This document shows, piece by piece, positions 24,141-37,679 of a stretch of DNA of 64,000 bases (positions are counted from its first letter, which is position 1; every line of letters starts with the position of its first letter). The position numbers and the translations under genes are program-made. Source of the DNA: Ostrea edulis (Eukaryota); the NCBI RefSeq assembly GCF_947568905.1, contig NC_079167.1, positions 68,324,001 to 68,388,000 of the forward strand, in the 5' to 3' direction. The notes beneath the pieces are model-generated. The model was not told the origin of the DNA. It made no database searches and worked only from the letters and a program-made list of their open reading frames with translations.

Positions 24141-27100
24141 TACATTTCTAAATCCTTCAGTAATAAGCGAAGATGGTTTTAAGTTATTAGTTATAAGTAA
24201 CATTGGTACCGTATAAGTTTTACATATATACATGTTTAAAGGAAAATATAAAAAACTAATGCAACCTTAAACTACACTTACTGAACTTGAAAATTTTGGT
24301 CCCAATGGCGTCGATTCGAATAGCGCGTGGGCATGTATTTCTCCATTTTGAATCTTGTGTACCCAAGTTCACGTCGTTCTGAGATGTTACATAAAATCCG
24401 TAAAAGCATGTAAATCTTATTTTCTTAATCATATATATAATCCCTCCTCGATTAACGCGATTGTATCATGTCTCCTTTGTGTATTTGCTAAACACCGACG
24501 CTGAATATGACGTCATAATGCACTGTTTACATCTGTTGCATAGAGTTACCTGCGTTCAATGAAGAGGCGGATCCAAAACGTCTAAAGTTAGAATATTTTG
24601 ATTGAGGTCTGTCCTCACACGTTAGGTGCTAATATTTTGGGATATTTTTTTTCCTTTTGTTATGGATCTAGATACTAATGCCAATATATAAATATTGCAT
24701 GTAGTTGAGGGTAACATTGAAAATTTTCACCCCGAGAAAACCATTGTCAACCGAGGCGCAGCCGAGGTTGACAATGGTTTCTCGAGGGTTGAAAATTTCA
24801 ATGTTACCTCAACTACATGCAATATTTGTTTTATTATACTGAATGTTATGTAAACTGGAAAGCAGAAAAACTTAAGTCTGTTGACATTTGATCAATCACT
24901 GTCATGCGATATTTCGTATTTCGATGCGGGTACTCGCGTTTATTACAAACGCTCAAACGACGTCGTCTAGCAATCTACGGCGAACCGTACGCGCATAAAG
25001 AGCAAGGTACATTAAGGCCCAAATTTCGCCACAAAATAAGGATAAATTTAAAATGTGGTTTCACTTGGTTTAATCATTATGATTATGCACTAGGGCATTG
25101 GCCCTGATGATACATGTGGAAATTAGTGACGTAATATGTTCTGTGACGTCATTTTCCTTATCTCCGATTGACATGATTTACCGAAATCGCCGAAATTCGC
25201 CGTTTTTTATGCCTTTGAAACCATTTTTAAGATAGAGCACATGCAACAACCACAAAGATGTTTTGTGTACAAATTAATCATGTTGAAAGTTAGCAATGAG
25301 CAAAATTTCGACTTGGTTGGTAAATGAGCAGACTATTAACTTTAACGTTTAACCATTTCCCGCGTTCATCTGTAATACAAATTTCAACGTTGATGGTGTT
25401 CATATATACAAGTTTAATGATTAAATAATATGTATATGTACAGCATATTAAATTTTATAAAACTCTACGTAGTTTGCATTGAAGAAGATAGTGTGTAATC
25501 AGAGAATTGGAATCTTCGACACAGATATTTCCGATTCCATTTTTACTCGTTTTATGTTTGATATAGATACGCAATGATATCAACGCAATTAATGGAACAC
25601 ATGGTAAAGTTCAATCACATATTTGTTTTTATCATAGATGGTTTATGATATGAATTATCCCTCTAAATTGGTGTGCATATACTGTGGCGGCTACAATGCG
25701 TATCTAAATACATGTCTAAATATGCCTTGCCAGTCATAATATTCTAACGTACATGTAGACTAATTATAACTTATTGGGTATGTTGCATGTGTAATTTCAA
25801 ATGCTATTCTAATATTGTATTAAGCATTATGTCAGACACATCTAATGATTGTCCATCTGAATTGAAAACCCACTCATGATACATAATATGTATGTTATTA
25901 AGTATGACTTTTATTATGTCTTTGGCCTGGCTTTTTTTTAAATGCACGTCTGCAACCGAATGCAATCTTTGTTTATAAAATAAAAAGTTTAATAATATCG
26001 AAAATGAAAGCGTGATAGCTTAATCAGTACCTTTATAGCAGAGCATAATAGTGCGAGAGTTCGAATGCAAAATTCGGTTATATTTTCCCCGTAAAAAGTG
26101 AAATAGTAGCAAGCCAAACATACAGGCTTTAGATATAGACACTTGAAAATCAATTCATTACAATATATTGTTCATTATTTACATGCTGCAGTACCTGTAT
26201 TTTTATGACATGCATATTTCCTATCAGAACAATTCCAACTTCATCGATCTGTCGTTTATATTACAAAGTTGTCGAACTCATTTAGGAGAGGTTACTCCAT
26301 GATAGATATGGTAATGAAATATTCGCATCTACCCTGCTATAAGAGTGAATGTTGGTAGTTGATAGATGAACAATGTAGTATCTAGATATTTAAATTATTA
26401 CTCATTTGTAAGCTAAAAGATAAAGTATACGCTTGTATTGTGTGTTCCAAGAGGACAAAACCCGGTGAACCCCGATCATTACATGTAAAAAAATAAATAG
26501 ATAAAAAACATTTCTTAAGAAAAACATTTTTAGTAGAAACGAACGACTCTGACTGCATTTGCAATCAATGTCAACAGATCTACAACTCTAATCGTTTCAT
26601 GCTTTTTTCGCAAGCATTCAGTACTACCATAAAGGAGGGGGGGGGGGTGTGATAAATCAAAATTTGCATGTAAAATTTATGGAAAAACTACATTCTCAAA
26701 ACAAAAGAATGTGTGGGCCAAATTCCCCTGTTGCTACGTCGCTGTAATAATTATTTGTTTACAGAATCGCCTTACATTTGTCGATAACTGACGCACGTGT
26801 TCTGTGACATAGTGTTATTTAAAAATACATGATAGCTAGTCATTGGTTACTATTTTCATCATTAAATCGTGGAACTGGTATTGAAGTATTAGACCGCGAT
26901 TTTCATACATAAGGAGAACTTTTTTTCCTGCATTTACACTTTAACCATCCCACTCACCGTCGGTCACTTAGCATTTAGTGACATGTGCACAAAACACCGC
27001 TTAATGACTACATTGTATATCCGAATCATGCGCGGATCTAGAGTGGAGGTCCGGACACCCCCTCCCCTCTAGATTTAAAGATGCATGTAATTTGTGCGCA

Positions 27101-27736
27101 AAGTAATGAGGACTAAACCAGAGCACAATATTATCATTTGTATAAAACTGGAACGATTGTTTGATATCCTTTTCCCAATATACATAATTACCGGTGATTA
27201 ATGTAAACATTCTAACCAAGCAGTATTCTTGGCTTTTTTCAATTTCAATTTCATTAGAAATCTTTGTGGAAATAATGTAAGTTCTCAACAAAGCACAGGA
27301 ATTTGGATACAGCGCGGTAATAATATATTAATTTTAACAATAGATGAAGTACGTCAGTCGCGTGTCATTTACTACAAAAGAAAATCGCATATTCCCAGAT
27401 CCACGGAAATCGTGCAGCATGCAGAAAGTACCCTGAATAGGTGTCTGACAAAATCAAGTGACGAAGTCCTTGTACACAACTATGGCTTCGAAAAACATGT
27501 GCCGGTCATGGTCACGGTCTAATGATATCGTGGCACTTTTGCACGATGATGAATATCCAATATGAATGTAAGATCGAATGAAACTTAATTGGCTGTTTTA
27601 TAATAATTTAATTATTTACATATTGTTAAGTATAATATTTTCTACAATTTTACGTTCTGTAGTAATTTTCTTGAGATCGATTAGGTGAACAACGTGATCA
27701 AGCATACAAAATGTCTCCGAGTAAAACATTACTTAA

Positions 27737-28054
27737 GGAGGTACGCTAAACCAGAGAAATTTGATGTAGATGACAAGTGGAGAATATGTACAAAAGTATT
27801 TTGAAGTTGAAAATTTTCAAATTTACTTTATTTTGTCAAAAAATACAGTTTTTGTACAAGGTAATCTGAAAATTTTTTAAAACCCCTGCTGGACTCGAAC
27901 CTGCGACCTACAGTTCAGCAGTCGGTATTTTAACCTACTGAGCTACTCGGCTATGTATTTAACTGGAAAAGGAAAAGTCCAATACTGCTGATATCGATTT
28001 TTTCATCCATGTTTTTAAAGGAAGTCAGCCATTATGACGATGTAGAGTACTACC
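27737..28054. mobile_element. Kolobok-like MITE K2 containing a tRNA-like sequence
   Basis: TTAA at 27733-36 and 28055-58; ends GGAGGTACGCTAA and rc GGTAGTACTCTAC (9/13). Confidence 0.55.
27880..27952 (-). pseudogene. tRNA-derived sequence with A and B boxes, not a functional tRNA
   Basis: GCCGAGTAGCTCAGTAGGTTAAAATACCGACTGCTGAACTGTAGGTCGCAGGTTCGAGTCCAGCAGGGG: A box TAGCTCAGTAGG, B box GGTTCGAGTCC; acceptor and anticodon stems pair poorly. Confidence 0.6.
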
Positions 28055-29341
28055 TTAACCGCCGAGTTTCACCTTTCAAAAGGTAGAAGGGGGGGGGGGT
28101 AAAAAATATAAGATCCTCTCCCATGCGGACCTCGGACGTGGTTTGAGACAATGAATATGATTTATGATTCAAACTGTTATCCTTTGCGTAAATACTAATG
28201 CATTGAAAGATTTGTTATATAAAGATAATGGTCAGGAGCCTGTATATTTTTTTTTAAATAAAGAGTGTAATTAATAGATGCAAGTGTATATGCTAAAACA
28301 TTGAATATAATACCGACAAGATTATTTTTTGTTAGGTTTTGTCAGTGTCAACTCTTGTGTAGAACTTACCACATTGTTTGTAAATCTTATCACATCCTAT
28401 AAGGATCACATTCAGTCCCATTGTCATGTGTTGATTTTTTTTTAAAAAACAAACAACTTTTCAAGTTCGTTTTATAATATTTCTTTTCACATATATTCTG
28501 AATGAATTTCATGTTCTTTTTACTACATGTACAATCCAATGTAGCATTGGTTAGTGCGTGTTCCTTCGGTGAAAACATTTAGTGCGCTCAAAAAAAAAAA
28601 GAACAACGTGTACATATATACACAAGAATAACTTAAGGTAACCACGCGCTACGTACATATATGATATTCATTTAATTTAGATTAAAACAATGCAAATTGG
28701 AGCAAATGTAAATACAATGTTAAAATTGAATGAATATATATGGGTTGCGCTGCAATTCTTAGATACAATTACACCAATCGTCCTTCCAATCACAGCATCC
28801 GCCGCATCGAATCATCTACAATTGATTAAAACTTTCGGAAAAAATCATTTAAAATTTTCAAATAAAAATCATAGTGCACATTTCTTTAATAAAACTTTGA
28901 GCATATGGCGACATAAATTGGATTATTTTCATATTGAGTTCATGCCATAGCTTTCTTGTTCATGACGTCGCACAAAGTAACGTCAAAATGGCACAACGTT
29001 ATCGTAAACTATACTGTATTTACATATGTATTATAAATAAGTAAAGCTTTTTACGAAGACATCATAACCATTTTATGGAAGTATGCACCATATGAAAGAA
29101 TTTTGAGGGATATCATTTAATTTGGACGCGGGGCCAAATTTGGCCCCAAACGTACCTTGTCCTTTGACGCATGTGATAATTTTTTATAATATCACCCGTT
29201 GTCAAGTACTGTTACCCGTTGCTAGATACTATCACCCTGGGGCGCGTGTTTTCTGTTCTCAGAGGGTAACAATACGTTTTTTCAAATGCTTCTCGACCAA
29301 TCAGGTTCGAGTATTTTACATGAAAGTATAATAATATACAT

Positions 29342-29470
29342 TTATTGCATGATAGTGAGGGAGATATTCAGATTTATTCACCCAAGAAAAATCATATTCC
29401 CCGATGGCAACGCCCGAGGGGAATGTGCTTTTTCTTGAGTGAATAAATCTTCCGAATATTCTTGCAATAA
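29342..29470. repeat. Long palindrome P4 with a 15-nt spacer
   Basis: AGATTTATTCACCCAAGAAAAATCATATTCCCC-GATGGCAACGCCCGA-GGGGAATGTGCTTTTTCTTGAGTGAATAAATCT, followed by TTATTATAC. Confidence 0.75.
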
Positions 29471-30203
29471 GTTGTTTATTATACCGAAACAAAGCAAGAC
29501 TACAATGAATACTGTTTTGTGAACTTTGTTAAGACCTACTGTAATTTAGGAATTTCTAATTGATATATTTTTCTGTAATTAATTGTAAATAAATTCTTAA
29601 ATTTCGGAATTGTTTGTGATTAATTTCTGCTGGTTATGGGTTAATTCTACCCAAAACACAAAATATTATAAAACTACAATAGAAGTAGAAATGGTAAAGC
29701 AGTGTAGAAATGTTTGAACAATGTTTAAACCCAGAAATTTGTCTCCTACTTCATTGACACATAATGGTCGGATACTTTGTAATTTTAAAGATATCGAAAC
29801 AATATTGTCTTATCTCTACATATTTTGATTCAAAAAGACAGATACAATTTGCACAGTCAAAAACTGCATTAAATTATTCTATACCCCCGCCATAAACTCC
29901 GTTTACTTGTTCAAAATACAGGGCTCACGGCGGGTGTGACCGGTCAACAGGGGATGCTTACTCCTCCTAGGCACCTGATCCCGCCTCTGAAATCAATTCA
30001 TTCTTCAAAACGTTCCAGTGCATCGGGATATCTTGTATGCAGGATGTCCCAGTGTTTATCCCCAATTAGTTTTTCAATTATTTTGAATTTACACCGGAGA
30101 ACGGTCGGGCAGAAGAGGAACACCTTGTGATATACCAGTATACAACAATAGAATGAAAGATAATTTGTGTGTGGCTATGTTATTTCAAGATTTTGAGACC
30201 ATT

Positions 30204-30343
30204 ATGAAAGGTGAAGATAACGAGAACACTGATCATTCGCATAACCTACAAAATAAGCAATACAAAATAGAGAGTTGGACAAATACAGACCTTGCCATTC
30301 CAGAGGTGGGATCAGGTGTCTAGGAGGAGTAAGCATCCCCTGC
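30204..30343 (-). mobile_element. Penelope-like solo 3' end (another fragment at ~29890-29990, + strand)
   Basis: ATGAAAGGTGAAGATAACG...GAGGTGGGATCAGGTGTCTAGGAGGAGTAAGCATCCCC. Confidence 0.75.
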
Positions 30344-30435
30344 CATTCCAATAACTCCGTTTGTGATTGCGCAACATAAAACATATTGCATATTACAATT
30401 TTCAAAATGCAAACAAAGTGGCAGCCATTTTGAAT

Positions 30436-30625
30436 TTGGTTGGTTGTATATTATTTAACGCCCCACTCGAGATTTTTCACTCACATGGAGGCGTTACCAT
30501 TGCCGGTGAAGATTTGCAAAATTTAGGCCTATGCTCTGCGCTTGCGGCCTTTGAGCAGGGGATCTTTATCGTACCATATCTGCTAAGACACGGGGCCTCG
30601 GTTTTTACAATCTCGTCACTCTTAC
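30436..30625 (-). mobile_element. SINE family B, truncated
   Basis: Reverse complement of the shared SINE 3' half (AGGCCTAAATTTTGC, CTCGAGTGGGGCGTTAAAT). Confidence 0.75.
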
Positions 30626-30928
30626 AGGGCAGCTATGAAAATAATAAAACGATATTTCAATTATCAAATATTGCGAAAGTTCATACATATATTTACTTTA
30701 AAATCAGACTCACTATTTTGTATTGTAACAAAATTCTCTTAAACGCAGAATAAATTAAACGTTTTTAAAAGTGTGTTTCCAGTAGAGCTTCTCCTGATTG
30801 CTGATTGGTTATCGTTTATTTTTTAAAAAGAAAATGAAGAGCATGGAACCATGTCATGTTTTGACGGAGTGGAAGACCTAAAGAGAAGCGAACTCTCTTC
30901 GCAGAATAGGAGCGTCTACCACCGTAAA

Positions 30929-31276
30929 GTGAAAGATGAAGATAACCATCAGTGATCAATCTCATAACTCCTATAAGCAATACAAAACAGAGAGTTTGCG
31001 AAACACGGACCCCTGGACACACCAGAGGTGGGATCAGGTGCCTTGGAGGAGTAAGCATCCCCTGTGGACCAGTCACGACTGCCATGAGCCCTATATCTTG
31101 ATCAGGTAAACGGAGTTATCCGTATTCAAAATCAGTATGTCAAGAACGGTCTAACTATTGGTATGCAGCAAGTCAGACAGCATTTGACCAAATGATATGT
31201 TGTAATGGGGAAACTAGATCGTTATAACGACCACAGAATTTGCGAAATGCTGACTTTAAACTAGACTGTTGGAACC
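30929..31276 (-). mobile_element. Penelope-like 3' fragment
   Basis: Shared 3' UTR plus the RT C-terminal codons on the reverse strand. Confidence 0.8.
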
Positions 31277-31759
31277 TTATTCGGTTTTATCTTTTGGAAA
31301 GTAAAAATGTCAAGAGAATAAAATGCAAATTACGAAACATTCTAACGAACTATTTTAGCATATCTCCCACGAGAATTCCCCGTGCATATGGGCGATTTTA
31401 GACAGGATGTACATACACTAACTATAAATCCTCACTTTTTTCATAAAAGAGGAATGTTGTTTTTAAATTGCACCTCATAATCAAAACGGAACACATCAAA
31501 AGATTCATCAACAAATTTGTTACTTATCTTTTTCGATATTAAAACACTTTCCCAATTCTTTAACAGAACCGTATCCGATTTCTTCTTTTCTAAAGGTATA
31601 TGATGTACATTATTTCTAGTGTTGACCTTTCATGAAATATTAACGATGCAGATGGATTGCAAACGTTTTGTATGACATACTAAATAATATGATTTTAAGG
31701 ATTAATATACTGATGTAGGAATGTTCATTCTAATGATGTGTCAAACTCCGAGAGCATGC

Positions 31760-31890
31760 TGATCCAGGTTTGAATAAGTCCTCAATACCTATTGTCTTTA
31801 GTAAGTGGCGATTAAATGGGGCGGTCCTTCGGATGAGACCACAAAAACAGTGTGACACGATAAAGATTCCTTCCTGCTCAAAGGCTGTGA
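31760..31890 (+). mobile_element. SINE family B fragment
   Basis: GATCCAGGTTTGAATAAGTCCTC...AAATGGGGCGGTCCTTCGGATGAGACC...TAAAGATTCCTTCCTGCTCAAAGGC. Confidence 0.65.
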
Positions 31891-31918
31891 GTTGCATGTG
31901 AGATACAACACAGACAAA

Positions 31919-32192
31919 CCGCCGCGGTGGTCTAAAGACAGAGCGTTCAACCTGCCTGCGGAAGGTCGGGGTTCGAATCCCGGCCGCGAGAAACCTAAGT
32001 CGTTAAAATAGGTAGTGACAGTTCCATCGCCAAACGCTCGGCATCAGGTGTGAATGTAACGGGTTCTCGGAGATACTAGTAACCTTAAAAACGAATGTTC
32101 TGAATCACAGAAGGTGTTACACGCTAAAGAATCCTCACTGCTAAATGACCCTAATCGCCAAGCATAGGCCCTTTAAAGCCCTTCAACGGTCT

Positions 32193-32227
<35 letters not shown>

Positions 32228-32265
32228 AGGGACCTTAAACAAGATACATGTACAATTAATCAATC
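31919..32265 (+). mobile_element. tRNA-derived SINE family A, full length
   Basis: Head GCCGCGGTGG...GGTTCGAATCCCGGCCGCG, central domain, shared 3' half and (CAAT)n tail. Homologous to 37680-38018. Confidence 0.85.
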
Positions 32266-32367
32266 TCACAATTCGTTTTGTGATGTAAGCGAGACTCGTG
32301 TCATGTTTCTTTTTACATATTGATTGCTTAACAATAAAAATATTATGTTTAAAACCAAATGAGATGT

Positions 32368-33851
32368 GGATGTTGCTAAACCGCGGAACGGAAGACGGAC
32401 CGCAACGAAAACCGGAACAGAGTTTAAGAATTAGAATGATTAATGTAGCTAAGATAACAGAAAAATCGGAAGGAAATACTTGTTATGATTCAAATAAATT
32501 TTTGGGGAATTTGTTTACAATTTTGCATCATAAATTGATAAAGCGAAGTTATACATTTGTATAAAAATTTACAAAGCGTTTTACAAGAATTTTGAAATGT
32601 CGGCATTGACAGACATGTTAGGAAGCAGCGGCACCTATGGGTAGAAAATGGAAAGAACACATATACTTTATATGCCCAACCCTCGTGGCAAAACGTCAAT
32701 AACGCATAATACCGTGTATGTGTATACTTACCACAGGAAGTGTGGTATGTATATAACAACGACAATTCATGATCTTATTAAGTCAGCAAGTCAAACATCT
32801 TGTCTTTGATATTTTTTTTTTAACATACACTTTGTGAACGCAGCACTCCAATCCTAAATAAGGCCGACTTCAGGCTTCCGTGGCCGAGTGGTTAGAGCAT
32901 CGCGCTCCAAAACACACGGCCTATCACCTCTGTCGGCGCAAGTTCGAATCCCGCTCGCGCCGGTAAGTGAGAAAGTTTCCCAGTTTACTTTTGGAACGTC
33001 GGTGGTCTCTCTTCCACCAATAAAAACTGGGCGCCACCAGATAACTGAAAAATTGTTGAGTGTGGCAGAAAACATCAATCAATCAATCAATCTAACAATT
33101 TATTTCTAAATTAAATACATGTATCTTAATATTTAGAATAATAAAGAGACTACCTTTTAATTCCATTCAAGCATAAATTGTCTGACAGTGGTAGTCTTTT
33201 AGCCATTTCATATCTGTTAATTACTCATCTTATGGATGGTAAACTTCACCTTAGTTTACATTGCTTCTGTTTCAATCTTTCTTTCCCGCTGTATCTCTTT
33301 GGGTTCAACACTAATCCGCAGGATATCGGTAGGCTATATGTGAGAGCCTTCACATAAATTCATCCCAAAAGAGGCAAACCTTTTATACACACCGAACTCG
33401 TTCACTTTAAAGTTTGATTTGATACATGTATTATACCAGATGTAGAAATACATTTGTAAATTACGAATAAAAGCTAGTTCGATTTAAGAAGGCTGTGTTT
33501 GGGGGAAATTGTTGAATGAATTATTTTATCTTTTACAATGGTTTTTTTTTTTTGGGGGGGGGGGGTTATTTATTGGATATAAATTTTGAAAATTCAAGTC
33601 TTTTCAATATGATTATTCTTTATTAATATTGTTCATTGTATGTTAATGATTTTAAAATACAAATGCATTAGTATGAAGTATATGAAACGGTGGATGACTT
33701 CCCACTCTCTCTGTAATTTCGGCTTCTCTTGTTCACGATAAACCTTTTTATTTTGCAAAATGCTGACCTCCTCATAACATTATTGCATACACTATTTTCC
33801 ATTCCTTTATATCTTCCGTTTCGTGTTCCGTTCCGCGTTTTAGCAACACCC
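32368..33851. mobile_element. Non-autonomous TIR DNA transposon (superfamily unassigned)
   Basis: Left GGATGTTGCTAAACCGCGGAACGGAA vs right rc GGGTGTTGCTAAAACGCGGAACGGAA (24/26). Flanks ATGT / ATGA. Confidence 0.65.
32873..33092 (+). mobile_element. tRNA-derived SINE family C (V-SINE-like), nested in the TIR element
   Basis: A box GTGGCCGAGTGG, long variable-arm region, B box GTTCGAATCC; CTTCCACCAATAAAAACTGG...GATAACTGAAAAATTGTTGAGTGTGGC; (CAAT)n tail. Confidence 0.75.
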
Positions 33852-35237
33852 ATGAGGTGTCGCAAACACTAAAAACTGTTAAATTGTGTTCAGAATTAAT
33901 TTGTAATTTGAAAAATCTTTTACTCGTACATGTACGTGTATATTCAACTTATGTAAACATGAAAAAAAAGAAGAAAAAATAAGAAGACACAAGCCTAATT
34001 TATATAACAAAGAATTGTGAGCCCTGTATCTCTCTTGTAACCAGCCCAGCAACTGACATTCAATTTTCTGCTGACCATTAGAAATACTTTACTTTAGCAT
34101 TGTAAACATTAAAAATGGAGAAAATGAATTTGAAAAATTTCAGCTAAAATCGCATCGATGCCCCTTTAAATTCAAACATTGAAATTATTTATAAGCTATA
34201 TCTTCATACAGTGATTAGAAGTTACATTTATAAATGAGATCATGTACAGAGAATAGATAACGGTCTGCTGGCGTGTTTCCTAATCTCATAAAGTCACATT
34301 GTTTGTTTGGATGATGATAATGACATCGAATAAATAAAATATTGTTTAAACCAAGAAACCCTACTATTTCAGCCTTTGTCGTCATATAAAGGTGAAAATG
34401 TGGCGCTTAAAATGAAAACATGGCAACCTTTGCTAACCTTGTCTATTTCATTCCACATTCACTACTTACTTAGGTAAATATCTGTTGTTACGCTACTATC
34501 TGGGTCCATATTCTTACCTGAGGGGTTGAATAATTGGGTTTTTTCAAACTTGCTACCATTTTTTGGTTATGATTACGGTTATTCAGCAGGTCGAGGAGAG
34601 GACATTTACATTCCATTATACCCGTCAGTGACAGAAATGGAAGGTAATGTGTTTTCTGTCAATAACACAAAATACTGTATACTACTACTACGTCTACTAG
34701 TAAAAAACACTATATCAAATTAGCGGTAGAATAATTTTCCATGCTCCCATTCAGAATATAGTATAGAACAAGTACACTAGGAATATATTCGCCGTCATTT
34801 CGGGATGGTTTTAACATGTTAATACGAAATACATCGAAATAATGTACATGTATTCTAATTACTCTTGCACACATAAGTTACATGATAAAACTGGTTATTC
34901 AATGAATGCACACGAAGTCTTAGCTGGTCTTAATGAACATTTTTGTGTCAAAGTTTCGGTGATACTTAGAATATTGAAGTGCAGATTCAAGTATTCAATC
35001 ATCGATGGCAATTAAGATATTCTAGTACCAATGACGAATTTGATAATGAAGGACCGATGATAATTCAGATATTAAATTGCCTTAAGCACCACTCTTACAT
35101 GTTTTTAACATGCAGCCAAAAATCGATTGCAGATGAAAAAATCCCAAAACATTATTTTACCGATATTAGAATGACAAATAGTAAAATATTTCCACAATAA
35201 AAGACGTACTGGAAGATTTTTTGTATATTTGCAGATA

Positions 35238-37478
35238 ATGGCCATGGTGTATTGGATTTTTCAATTGTTTCTAATTTCTATGGTGATCACAATTTCACAA
35301 GGCACAGAAGACACGGGCAGTGATTATGTTGTACGAACTCGTCTTGGATCTATCATAGGAAAGCGTTACAACTCGTATAAAAATCAAGGAACGTTATACA
35401 AATTTCTTAATATTCCATATGCAAAACCTCCTGTTGGCCAAATGAGATTTGCAAAACCACAACCTCACGGTCCATGGACAAGTCCGCTAAACGCCACCGC
35501 AGCAGGACCCATATGCTACCAAACTGTCACACCACTCTCCAAAAACTTTAAATTATCAGAGGATTGCCTTCAGCTTAATATCTTTGTCCCAAACAATTTC
35601 GATCCATCAAATAAAAGAAGTGTAATGGTTTGGATCCATGGTGGGGGATTTCTAACGGGATCGGGGACAACATACGACGGCGGATTTCTGGCTTTAACAG
35701 GAGACGTTATTGTCGTAACTATAAATTATCGATTGGGTATTTTCGGATTCCTGACGTCACGATATTATAAAGCAAAAGGAAATATGGGTCTGCGGGATCA
35801 GATACTTGCACTTAATTGGGTACGTTATAATATCCATGACTATGGTGGAAACCCCATGGATGTCACAATCTTTGGGGAATCGGCGGGAGCATTTAGTGTT
35901 TCTCTTCTTGCTTTAATACCTAATAACAGAGGTCTCTTCCACAGGGTAATTGCTGAGAGTGGTGTGGCGAATTCACCGATAGCATTATCAAACGGGTCTT
36001 TCTCTACGATACGAACCGCAGAGAAAGCAGGTTGTACCCATGACCATTTCATGCCAAGTAATGAAGCTTTCTTACAGTGTTTAAGGGCTGTAGATCCAAT
36101 GCAATTGGTAAATGCAACCAATGCTTTCATATCTGAATTAGGAGTTCAGATCCTTTCTTTTTCACCTTTTGGCCCAACAATTGATGGAGAGCTTTTTAGA
36201 AGAGAACCTGCAATTCTCTTAGAAGACAAAACTTCTTCAGAATTTAATTTTTTCCAGTCGTTAGATTTTATGATTGGTAACTGTGAGAATGAAGGCTCTG
36301 TTGTCGTAGGCTTATTCCCGGCGATAGAGAATCAACTTCACATCAACATTAGTTTGGGTGTTCCAACCATGGAAATGTGCAACACATTGCTTCCATATTT
36401 GTTAAATGAAAGGATAAAATCTAACAATAATGTATTAAACGCTGTGTGTGATGAGTACACAGTGACTGGAGATCTTAGCGAACAAGGACGACAATTCCTG
36501 AACTTCGTCAGTGATTATATATTTATAGCAGGAACCACTTCATCATTGGTTCATCACTCAAACAATCTTCGGGGATCGAATACATACCAATACGTATTTT
36601 TTGATGAAAATGCGTTTTTTATCCCAAATTCTCCTTCCTGGTATCGAGGTTCCGCCCATGGCACCGAATTAACATATTTGTTTTTGTACGAACGGTTAAA
36701 ATCTCAAATTAAGTACCCAGAGGGCGCCGAAATCTTGGTAAACCAAATGAGGTCCTATTGGACAAATTTTGCCAAAACAGGGTAAGAGTAAGAATATTTC
36801 ATTTTGGAAAGAACATTTTCAAAAATGCTAGACACACTTGCTAAGTTACTTATATCTGATTGATGTAAATGGCAAATGATTTCTCTCCCATTGTATGAAT
36901 TCATTTATGATTGAACATAAATGATTCAACATGATTGAATATGAATGTTTCAACATGATTGAATACGAATGTTTGAATATGCATGATAGAATATGAAGAA
37001 GCGATCAATAATAAAACATATGTTAATGTTTAATCTTGATTAAAAATGTTTTACTTTATAAATTATTTCCATCAAGAAATAAATGCAAAAGTGGTCAGAA
37101 TTTCAGTCATTGTGTTAATGCTGGATTGGTATTTTAGTCAACTGCTCTGTTACAAATCACATATGCAAGAAAACACCACGTCATGGTAGACATAAATTCT
37201 CATAAAAAGTTTGGAACTGGAGCCTCATTAAAAATTTACCACACCACACTACTAATATTCTTTGTATTACTAATTTCAGAAACCCAAACGGATCCGGACT
37301 CCCACTTTGGCTGCCCTTTGATAGGAATTCCAGTCATCCGTTCATGAAGCTAAAGTCACAGGGAACAGGAATGGGAATGAACTACAGAAAACCGTACATG
37401 GATTTCTGGATGAAGAGAATCCCGGCCATGTTATCTGAGTGTGATCAGACAAGCTGCGCTTTACCTGTTGTGGGGTAG
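35238..37478 (+). CDS. Secreted type-B carboxylesterase CE2 (580 aa)
   Basis: Exons 35238-36781 and 37280-37478. Signal peptide; WIHGGGF, GESAG, GNCENEG (Glu), SAHGTEL. Exon 2 NPNGSGLPLWLPF...ECDQTSCALPVVG* is missing from the ORF track. Confidence 0.92.
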
Positions 37479-37679
37479 CATACACGTGTCTCCAGCTAGT
37501 GTCTCCAGATCTCGTATATACAGCGTGGTACTGTAGTAGGCTTGTTTTCTTTTCGTGGAAACTATCAATCAAATCTGTATATATCATATTCATGTACTAT
37601 GTTATAAAACATTGGTAGTGTATTGTGCTGTTTCTGTTAATTTGTTTACATGAAGAAAAAAATATGAAGATAACAGTGA

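Larger units (their letters stand above)
25000..29162. mobile_element. Spy-like DNA transposon derivative (TIRs, AAA|TTT target, no TSD)
   Basis: Left TIR GAGCAAGGTACATTAAGGCCCAAATTT vs right rc GGACAAGGTACGTTTGGGGCCAAATTT. Flanks CATAAA| and |TTTGAC. The paralogous empty site reads CATAAATTTGAC (rc, 56320-56331). No transposase ORF recognised inside. Confidence 0.7.
24690..29335 (+). mobile_element. Palindrome-headed non-autonomous repeat, copy A (24690-24999 plus 29163-29335), split by a 4.16-kb insertion
   Basis: Palindrome 24690-24827 (~62-bp arms, spacer GAGGCGCAGCCGA). Collinear with copies at 50665-51047 and 56155-56637. Confidence 0.75.

Noticed and set aside
27880-27952. Functional tRNA genes (also the SINE heads at 31919, 32873 and 37680)
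   Set aside because: The cloverleaf stems do not pair properly and each lies within a repeat.
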